Origin: Breznakia blatticola
Lineage (GTDB): Bacteria > Bacillota_I > Bacilli_A > Erysipelotrichales > Erysipelotrichaceae
Length of the DNA stretch: 32,000 nucleotides
Direction of reading: 5' to 3'
NCBI RefSeq assembly: GCF_004365815.1
Contig: NZ_SODD01000026.1
Span: 1,044 to 33,043 of the forward strand
Below are positions 24,801 through 32,000 of the stretch, in pieces (the first letter of the stretch is position 1; each line of letters begins with the position of its first letter). The notes beneath the pieces are model-generated. The model did not search any database, was not told the DNA's origin, and saw nothing but the letters and a program-made list of their open reading frames with translations. The translations under genes were made by a program, and so were the position numbers.

Positions 24801-26075
24801 ATGGCAGTATTTAATTTTATTATTAAGGAAATATTTGGACAGGGTGCAATATTTCTAGGATTGATTGCATGTATTGGTTTATTATTGCAAAAGAAATCCG
24901 CTTCAGAAGTAATTCGTGGTACGGTAATGACCGCAATGGGATTCTTTGTATTATCAACAGGGACAGGATTAATTACAGGAAACTCGATTGATGGAATTGC
25001 AACAGCATTTAATTCCATCATGCCTACAGCAGTAGAATCAACAAATGTAGATATCGGTGCATTATATGGTACAGAAATTGGAATTGTAATGTTGGTTGGA
25101 TTTGGGATCAACCTATTAGTTGCTAGATTCACAAGATTTAAATCTGTATTCTTAACAGGACACATGTTATATTGGTTCCCGTTTGTATTTATCGCTGCCG
25201 GAGTAAATGCAGGACTTACTGGAACAAAATTAGTAATTATTGCAGGTTTATTTACTGCAGTATATATGGTAGTTTCACCAAACTTAATGCGTCCATTTGT
25301 AAAAGAAGTAACTGGAGATGACTCATTTACAATTGGTCACCCAACGACGATATTATCTGTAATTTCAGGGTTATTAGGAAAAGCATTTGGAAACAAAGCA
25401 AAATCAACAGAAGATTTAAATATTCCTAGTTCATTAAGTTTCTTACGTGAAGTATCAATTACTGGATCTATTGTAATTGCGATTACATATATTGTAATGT
25501 ACTTTATCTTACAAGGTAATGGAATGGATCCTGCAGTTGTATGGGGATATGCAGAATCAGGAACAACAGCATTTAGTTACATTTTCACACACGCAATTTA
25601 CTTTGGTGTAGGGGTTACGATTATGTTACAAGGGGTACGTATGTTAATTGCAGAAATCGTGCCAGCTTTCCAAGGAATTGCAGAGAAATTCGTACCTGGT
25701 GCAATCCCAGCATTAGATGTACCAGTTATCTTCCCTTATGGACCAAATGCATTAATTATTGGATTTATCGTAGCGATGATTACATCAACAATTACGATTA
25801 TTCTTACTGCAGGAATGTTCCCTACAGTAATTATTCCACTAACATTCACTTGTTTCTTTGAAATTGGATGTGCGGCAATTATTGGGAATGCCACAGGTGG
25901 AATTCGTGGATGTATTATGGGAGCAGCAGTGAGTGGTATTATCATGGTTCTTCTTGTTGGGTTTGGAGCATACTTCTTTAACGATACGATCCAACAATGG
26001 ATGCTTGTATATGGAGGACAAGATTTCTCACTATGGGGTATTCTAGAAGGATTGTTTGCACGCTTATTTGTGTAA
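24801..26075 (+). CDS. PTS EIIC component, ascorbate (UlaA/SgaT) family
   Basis: 424-aa polytopic membrane protein. N-terminus FIIKEIFGQGAIFLGLIACIGLLLQKK and overall layout are typical of the UlaA/SgaT family. Confidence 0.8.
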   Translation: MAVFNFIIKEIFGQGAIFLGLIACIGLLLQKKSASEVIRGTVMTAMGFFVLSTGTGLITGNSIDGIATAFNSIMPTAVESTNVDIGALYGTEIGIVMLVGFGINLLVARFTRFKSVFLTGHMLYWFPFVFIAAGVNAGLTGTKLVIIAGLFTAVYMVVSPNLMRPFVKEVTGDDSFTIGHPTTILSVISGLLGKAFGNKAKSTEDLNIPSSLSFLREVSITGSIVIAITYIVMYFILQGNGMDPAVVWGYAESGTTAFSYIFTHAIYFGVGVTIMLQGVRMLIAEIVPAFQGIAEKFVPGAIPALDVPVIFPYGPNALIIGFIVAMITSTITIILTAGMFPTVIIPLTFTCFFEIGCAAIIGNATGGIRGCIMGAAVSGIIMVLLVGFGAYFFNDTIQQWMLVYGGQDFSLWGILEGLFARLFV

Positions 26076-26086
26076 TTGGATAGTCT

Positions 26087-26830
26087 ATGAAATTTGCCTA
26101 TTTTGATAACATCAATGAGTTATTAAAACTTGTTGAAGAAAAAGAACACGATGGAATGGAAGCGAGTGTAAATCTACTATATGAGTGTATTCAAAGAAAG
26201 AACAGTATTTATACCTTTGGTGCAAGTCATGCAGGAATTATAAGTGAAGAGTTATTTTATCGTGCAGGTGGACTTATGCTATTTAATCCGATTTTTGGAC
26301 GTGAGATGATGTTAGATACATCACCAATTACGCTAACTTCACAAATGGAACGTACAGTTGGATACGGGACAGCTCTTGCTAATAGTAAAGTAAACTTTAA
26401 AAAAGGGGATGTCTTAATTGTCCACTCTGTATCAGGAAGAAATCCAGTTGCATTAGATGTTGCAGAAGTAGCAAAAGCAGCCGGTGTCCACATTATCGTA
26501 ATTACAAATGTAGTATATTCAAAATCAACAACATCACGTCATCCAAATGGAAAACGATTATTTGAATATGGAGATATCGTATTAGATAATCATGGGGATA
26601 TTGGAGATGCTTGTGTAAGTATTGAGGGACTCGAGCAAAAAGTATCACCAACATCCACAATTATTGCTTCAAGTATGATGCATGCAATTGTAGCGAGTCT
26701 TACACAAAAACTAGTGGATACAGGTATGAAAAAACCACCAATTTTCTATAGTGCAAACTTAGATGGTGGAGATCAAAGTAATCAAGAATTATACAAATTG
26801 TATAAAGATGAAATCCACTATAAATTCTAA
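26087..26830 (+). CDS. SIS (sugar isomerase) domain protein, UPF0309-like
   Basis: FGASHAGIISEELFYRAGGL and VHSVSGRNPV motifs. It is the last gene of the PTS operon. Confidence 0.65.
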   Translation: MKFAYFDNINELLKLVEEKEHDGMEASVNLLYECIQRKNSIYTFGASHAGIISEELFYRAGGLMLFNPIFGREMMLDTSPITLTSQMERTVGYGTALANSKVNFKKGDVLIVHSVSGRNPVALDVAEVAKAAGVHIIVITNVVYSKSTTSRHPNGKRLFEYGDIVLDNHGDIGDACVSIEGLEQKVSPTSTIIASSMMHAIVASLTQKLVDTGMKKPPIFYSANLDGGDQSNQELYKLYKDEIHYKF

Positions 26831-26840
26831 TATTAGATTG

Positions 26841-26873
26841 AAGATGACATGTCGTTTGATGTGTCATCTTTTC
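26841..26873 (+). terminator. PTS operon terminator
   Basis: AAGATGACA ... TGTCATCTT followed by TT. Confidence 0.55.
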
Positions 26874-26896
26874 ACTGTATACATTTCATTTTCTTA

Positions 26897-26925
26897 TTGA
26901 AAAAATAACATCTGAAACATATAAT
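26897..26925 (+). promoter_or_regulatory. Near-consensus promoter TTGAAA - 17 nt - TATAAT, placed to give a leaderless mRNA
   Basis: -35 at 26897-26902 and -10 at 26920-26925. The A of ATG 26932 is exactly 7 nt after the -10 hexamer, and there is no SD. Confidence 0.5.
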
Positions 26926-26931
26926 TTAGTT

Positions 26932-27297
26932 ATGGATAAATCAATAAAAGTTGGACTTTTTAAACAAAAATATAATACAGTTTTAAATACAAATTTTCCA
27001 ATATATGACATTGTTAAGTCAAATGGATTGAAACACCATTTGATAAAGAATAATCACAGTAATTGTCTATGTTATTTAGATAAGATAGAAGAAATATTAC
27101 ATGATCCAACATATATTGGTCAAAATGCAAGACACTCTAATAGCATAGAATTAATAAAAAGATATGACGATAATATACTAGTTGCTATGAAACTAGATAA
27201 TAAACATGGATGTTGGTATGTGGCAAGTGTGTATGATGTTCCAGAAGAAAAAATAATAAGAAGACTGCATAGTGGACGCTTAAAAAAATATAAGTGA
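26932..27297 (+). CDS. Small stand-alone protein resembling PBECR (phage Barnase-EndoU-ColicinE5/D-RelE-like) nuclease domains
   Basis: 121 aa. GLKHHLIKNNH...IEEILHDPTYIGQN...NSIELIKRYDDNILVAMKLD...WYVASVYDV..EKIIRRLHSGRL follows the H..H / PdyI / sie..k / v.va.k / y.as.y pattern I recall for this family. Confidence 0.45.
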   Translation: MDKSIKVGLFKQKYNTVLNTNFPIYDIVKSNGLKHHLIKNNHSNCLCYLDKIEEILHDPTYIGQNARHSNSIELIKRYDDNILVAMKLDNKHGCWYVASVYDVPEEKIIRRLHSGRLKKYK

Positions 27298-27759
27298 AAG
27301 TTATAATAATAAAAGTGATTATAGTGTGTCAAGTTATTTTTGAGGTAGTTGTTAATTGAATTGACAGTTTTTATTCCATATCTTTATTATGCTGAGTTCA
27401 AGAGTCAAATATTTGACAAACAAATTAAACTATAGTATATTTTAGATACCAAAAATGGTGATTAGCAGTATATATTTGAAGTAGAAAATGGTTCTCTACA
27501 CACCTAGTGATAGGTATCTGAGATGATGGATACACCGCCCATCCAAATGTATATTGCTTACATAGGGTGATCAGAAATGGTCACTCTTTTTTTGTTATAT
27601 ATATACTCATAACTGCTTTATTTATCGTTAAATATAGTTATCCAGGGGTTTTGTTAATTTTCTGTTAACAATGTAAATATTTGTTAAATAAAAAGATACC
27701 ATATGTTTCAATGTGTACTGTTTAAACAGTGCAATTTTATAAGCGCAAATGAGGTATGT

Positions 27760-29440
27760 ATGAATTTTTTAAACGCTGAGTTTATTAAGTCTGCTGTACT
27801 GGTTTTAGGTGGTTTAGCATTGTTTATTTATGGAATAGATTCAATGAGTGAGGGACTCAAAAGTATTGCTGGATCAAAGATTCGTGACTATATTGAAAAA
27901 TATACGAGCAATCTATTTATGGCTGTACTTGTAGGGACAATTGTTACTGGAGCCCTTCAATCATCAACTGCTTCAACAGTGATTTCTATAGGGTTAGTTA
28001 GAGCTGGATTAATGAAGTTGGAACAAGCCATTGGGGCAAACATCGGTAGTTGTTTTACATCGATTATGATTGGTATGATTATTGAAGATTATGCATACTA
28101 TATTATCTTTATTGGTGTTTGTTTGATGTTACTAGTAAAAAAGAAAAAGTGGACATATTTAGGAAAAGTATTCCTTGGATTTGGTTTATTATTTGTAGGT
28201 CTTCAAATTATGGGAGATGAATTAATTAAAATTGCGGATACTGCAATATTTAATGATGCAATGGTATTCTTAGGAAAAAATCCATGGTTGGCATTATTAG
28301 GTGGAACCATTGCTACTGCAGTATTACAATCATTTGCAGCGGTTGTGGGATTGTCCAAAACTATTTACCACAGGGATTATTACGCCTGTAGCAGGTGCTG
28401 CATTCATCTTTGGATCAAATGTAGGTACAACACTTACTGCAATCATTGCGGGTGCTGGAGGGACTGTATCAAGTCGTAGAGCTGCATGGTTCCATGCGGT
28501 GTACAATATCGTCGGTGCCATCTTAGGAATGATTTTAATGGTGCCATTCTTATGGTTAGTTGATTGGGTGAATTCTTTTATTCAAGGTTCACCAGAAATG
28601 TGGATTGCCCAAGCACACTTAATCTTTAATATTCTATCTACAATCTTGATCTTACCGTTTGTTGGCTACAGTGTAAAACTATTAAAGATGTTAATTCCTG
28701 GAGAAGATCGTCAAGGTGCGAAAATCGAAAGTATTGATAACTTAGATTTCTCTTTAATTGAAACATTACCTGCAGCAGCACTTGAGGTATCAAGAAAGAA
28801 TACGCTACGTATGGGTCGTAATACATCAACCATTATGGATATGAGTAAACGTTACCTTGAAAGCAAGAGTTCAGAAGACTACGATGAAATACAAGAAGTA
28901 GAAGCAACTGTTAATAAGTATGATGAAACATTATCCAAATACTTATCAGTGATTGTGCAGCAACAAAACCTTGCAAAAGATCAAACCAAAGAGTATTCAC
29001 GTAACTATGTTGTTGTTAAAAACTTAGAACGTATATCCGATTTATCGGTTGTATTATCTCAATTCTATAAATTAGTGTTTGATGAAAAAGAAGGATTCTC
29101 AACTACTGCAAATACAGAACTACACAAAATGTACAGTCTATTAGAAGAAATGTTACCTGCAGCTATGAATGTATATGCAGATATCGATAAAGAAGAAAAT
29201 GTAAAAAAAGTTGGAGAAATTCATCTACAACTAAAAGAACTTGAAGAAGGATTTAGAGATAGCCATTTTGATCGTATCGTCGACTACTCATGTAAAGACC
29301 AAGTAGCAGCATCAATTTATGTAGATATATTATCAAACTTAATGCGTATGGGTGAACATATACTAAATATCGTAAATAACTCAGTTTCTAAATCACAAGT
29401 GATTTCTAAACACGTAGAACCAGAATTAATTGCAGCATAA
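27760..29440 (+). pseudogene. Na+/phosphate cotransporter (NptA/YjbB type with C-terminal PhoU-like domain), disrupted by a +1 frameshift
   Basis: ORFs 27703..28479 and 28301..29440 are two halves of one protein (..GALQSSTAS..GANIGS.. then ..GSNVGTTLTAIIA..). Removing one A from AAAA at 28357-28360 gives a continuous GLSKLFTTGIITP. The likely start is ATG 27760 behind GAGG. Confidence 0.8.
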
Positions 29441-29444
29441 ATAT

Positions 29445-29477
29445 AGACAGTGGAAGTTAAATTCCATTGTCTTTTTA
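29445..29477 (+). terminator. Terminator after the Na/Pi cotransporter
   Basis: AGACAGTGGAA-GTTAAA-TTCCATTGTCT followed by TTTTT. Confidence 0.6.
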
Positions 29478-29599
29478 CATACATAGAGTAACAATGAAAA
29501 ATAAACCCTAATTCCTTTGAGATTTTACGTGTTGTTTGTTACTATTTGGTTAGTGTTATTTGTGCCTTCAGTGTGAAGTTGAAAGGTATTGTGGAGATA

Positions 29600-30295
29600 A
29601 TGAGGGTACATGCAGAAATAAAAAGAATAATAGTAGTTGATGATGAGAAAGAATATACATCAGCACTAGCAAAGAAGTTAAAGAAAGAAGGCTATAAAGT
29701 TGATTGTTTTAGTGATCCGGTTAAAGCGATTTCGATGGCTATAAAAAAACCATATGATTTAGTAATTTCCGAATATAAATTCGAAAATATGGACGGATTT
29801 CAATTGGTTGGAATATTACAGGGGATTATGCCAACATTACATAGCATCCTCTTAACAAAATGTTTAGATGAAGCTGTAGAACTTCGAGCGATTGAAAGTG
29901 GAATTGATCAATTTATAAATAAACAAAAAAGTATTGAGGTAGCGGTAAAATATATTGTAGAAATTCTAAATAGAGAATATCAACAAGTTTTTACTCCAAG
30001 AGAGTTGATTTCACAAGAAGAAGGAATTGTCTTGAATACAAGAAAACGAGAAGTTTATAAAGATGATCAAATTATTGATGTAACAAAAAAGGAATATGAT
30101 TTACTTTTATTATTCTTAAGCAACAAAGGGGTTGCATTAAGTCGAGAAGCAATTGCAGAACAATTGTGGACGACAGAAATTGAAGAGATTGATTTGCGAG
30201 TTATTGATGGACATATCAATCGGCTTCGAGCAAAGTTAAATTTGTTTTGTATTAACGCGATTCGTGGATATGGCTATAAATGGAATGAACAGTAA
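29600..30295 (+). CDS. OmpR/PhoB-family response regulator, atypical (Glu at the phospho-acceptor position), orphan
   Basis: ATG 29600 sits behind GGAG; the track lists 29546. The receiver domain has DD (IIVVDDEKE), a conserved T (ILLTK) and K (FINKQ), but DLVISEYKF where DLVILD is expected (GAA at 29771-29773). The C-terminal winged helix reads ..LTKKEYDLLLLF..RE.I....W........R.ID.HI.RLR.K......I..IRG.GYKW. No histidine kinase gene is adjacent. Confidence 0.75.
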   Translation: MRVHAEIKRIIVVDDEKEYTSALAKKLKKEGYKVDCFSDPVKAISMAIKKPYDLVISEYKFENMDGFQLVGILQGIMPTLHSILLTKCLDEAVELRAIESGIDQFINKQKSIEVAVKYIVEILNREYQQVFTPRELISQEEGIVLNTRKREVYKDDQIIDVTKKEYDLLLLFLSNKGVALSREAIAEQLWTTEIEEIDLRVIDGHINRLRAKLNLFCINAIRGYGYKWNEQ

Positions 30296-30731
30296 TTTTT
30301 ATATGAATATACACATATCGTAATCAAATCAACTTCATTTGTATGTGATGGATGTTTCTAGTTTTACCGATTTAGAAAAAAATTCACGTATTTATAAGGA
30401 AATACGTGTCAAGTAGGCACAAATAACACATAACTTCTTTTGTGCTTCATATAACAAATAATACATACTATTTATACAGAAATGTGTTTGATTGCACTTG
30501 TGTGGATTGTTATAATGCCTTTGATAGAGATAGATCTATCATTCTATAAGCGGGGGTTCCCTTCTTATTAAAACACACACACAAAGGAAAAAGGTACTCT
30601 TATATAGGGTATCTTTTTCCTTTATGAAGTCTTTCTCATTTTTGACATAAATTGAACAATTATCATGATTCTTCGTGTTTTTGTTTAGGGTTAACCTACG
30701 TATAATGAATAATTGAAAGAGAGGATACGAA

Positions 30732-31166
30732 ATGAAAAAGACAATTATTGGGTTATTACTTTGTTTGATATTAGTTGGGTGTTCAGGTTCTTCAAATAAA
30801 ACAGTATGTACATTTAGCAAAGGATCTGATTCTTATGAAATCACAATCACAGAAGATAGAGAAAAAATCGGTCATGTTAATTACACAATAACAAGTGTTG
30901 ATGAACAATATAAAGATCTAAAAGAAGATGACGTTAAAAGTTTTGAAACACTTATGCAACAACAAGTAGATGGCAAAAAAGGGATTGAAATTGAAGTAGA
31001 TGCAAAAGATGATGCGTTAAGTATAACGTTTAAACTTGATATACAAAAATTAGATACGATTCCAGATGTATTATTAAACAGTGGAAAATCATTAGATGAA
31101 CTAAAAGTAATGACAGTAAAAGATTTCAAGAAAACGCTCGAAAATGAAGGAGCAACTTGTAAATAA
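30732..31166 (+). CDS. Small lipoprotein, YehR/DUF1307-like
   Basis: Lipobox LLCLILVGC. 144 aa. Overall pattern and C-terminus are similar to DUF1307 lipoproteins as I remember them. Confidence 0.55.
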   Translation: MKKTIIGLLLCLILVGCSGSSNKTVCTFSKGSDSYEITITEDREKIGHVNYTITSVDEQYKDLKEDDVKSFETLMQQQVDGKKGIEIEVDAKDDALSITFKLDIQKLDTIPDVLLNSGKSLDELKVMTVKDFKKTLENEGATCK

Positions 31167-31205
31167 AAAAATGCTAGCTCAAGTGTATGAGTTAGCATTT
31201 TTTTG
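31164..31205. terminator. Bidirectional-type terminator after the lipoprotein gene
   Basis: A-run, ATGCTAGCTC-AAGTGTAT-GAGTTAGCAT, then a T-run. Confidence 0.6.
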
Positions 31206-32000
31206 AGTATGCACAGAATCATCCATATAATAAAGTGTAAAAGGGATACGTTTTATACAGATGTCTATTTGAATTAAAATGTATGCACATTAATACAATA
31301 CATATAATTATTTTACAATTTTGATTTTGTGTGTGTTGGTAATTTCATTTAGTAATTTGTACGTATATAAGGAGTATACGTTCTATAGGTTTGGTTGAAT
31401 CAAAGCAGTTGATATATCCTCCTTTCAGCTATCAATAATTAAATACATACTGCATTATGGCAAGTTTTGACAATTTCACAAAGATAATGAATTCCCTTTA
31501 CATTCATAATTGAAAAAGTCTGTAATTATGTTTATTGACCTTCACATGATATATTTGGAAAGCTAGACAATTTGAGAAAAACACATCAAGTGAAGCGTCA
31601 AAATGATAATCACAAAACTTGTTATTATCATCATTTAGAATTATAGCAACGGATATTTATACATTACAAAGTTATATTTGTGTATTTTGTTCGTATTGTT
31701 CATTAATTGATTTTAAAAACAAGAGAGCCTATGTGAAACGCGATAAATAAAGGAGTTTTCGATACTTTTATGAATTGTGTTTTCAGGTTTACAAACCAAA
31801 TATAGGCTATAAAAAGAAAATACTATTTATACAAATTTCATGATTCGCATAATTCTAATAATAGACACAATAAACACATTGAGATTGATAAATGTGTTTG
31901 TTAAGTGTGCTTCGGCGCTTTATTCTAACCAAACGTAGTCACATTATTTCAACCAACAGCACCTTATGAAAGTCGAATTTAATTATCCTTTCTATATTTA

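Noticed and set aside
27440-27600. Possible riboswitch or leader upstream of the Na/Pi gene, ending in the hairpin GTGATC..GGTCAC plus a T-run
   Set aside because: Apart from the terminator-like hairpin, I could not match the sequence to any riboswitch class by eye. Evidence is insufficient to call an RNA element.
27703-28479. Two separate Na/Pi transporter genes, and Met 27703 as the start
   Set aside because: The halves overlap out of frame and join perfectly after removing one A. ATG 27760 has an SD, whereas 27703 does not.
30539-30820. 93-aa minus-strand ORF
   Set aside because: It overlaps the SD and start of the lipoprotein gene and an intergenic hairpin (AAAGGAAAAAG..CTTTTTCCTTT). 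It has no SD and a low-complexity product.

Overview
Low-GC (roughly 30% by eye) Bacillota-type chromosomal segment, standard genetic code, with nearly all genes on the + strand. I saw no rRNA, tRNA or CRISPR array. No type VII secretion (T7SS) core genes such as essC or esxA lie in the window.

The left ~12 kb is an accessory polymorphic-toxin island of the T7SS-associated style (small WXG100/Lap-like helical proteins plus toxins with a PT-TG pre-toxin segment). It contains:
(i) a toxin truncated by the window edge, with 11-aa tandem repeats and an AHH-like HNH nuclease tip, plus its immunity gene;
(ii) a translationally coupled six-gene operon: two small helical proteins, two unclassified proteins, a toxin with a WHH nuclease tip, and a SUKH/SMI1-KNR4 immunity gene;
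(iii) an IS256-family remnant fused to a decayed orphan toxin tip that keeps an intact orphan immunity gene;
(iv) a second full-length copy of the toxin with a different, TNT/NADase-like tip and its own immunity gene.

The two toxin genes share a 1.27-kb direct repeat. Its first 989 bp are identical. Its last ~260 bp carry only synonymous differences. Homology ends exactly at the toxin-tip junction.

Next come ISL3 and IS200 remnants. After them is a diverged tandem duplication of an uncharacterised two-gene module (lipoprotein plus ~6-TM protein with a Cys-rich, TPR-like cytoplasmic domain), whose non-coding flanks are conserved.

A 21-nt exact direct repeat (2736-2756 and 16730-16750) brackets this whole 14-kb block. 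It corresponds to the first codons of the DsbA/FrnE-family gene.

The right half looks mostly core:
- DsbA-family oxidoreductase and L-lactate dehydrogenase.
- Three DUF975 membrane paralogs. Two arose by a 0.83-kb tandem duplication that also copied the ldh 3' end.
- A membrane-anchored XRE regulator and a RelE/ParE-Phd/YefM pair on the minus strand.
- A PRD regulator with ascorbate-family PTS IIA/IIB/IIC and a SIS protein.
- A leaderless PBECR-like small nuclease gene.
- A frameshifted Na/Pi cotransporter.
- An orphan OmpR-type regulator with Glu at the phospho-acceptor position.
- A small lipoprotein, then 0.8 kb of ORF-free AT-rich DNA.

All family names come from motif recognition, not from searches. 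Coordinates of non-ORF features were counted by hand and may be off by a few nt.
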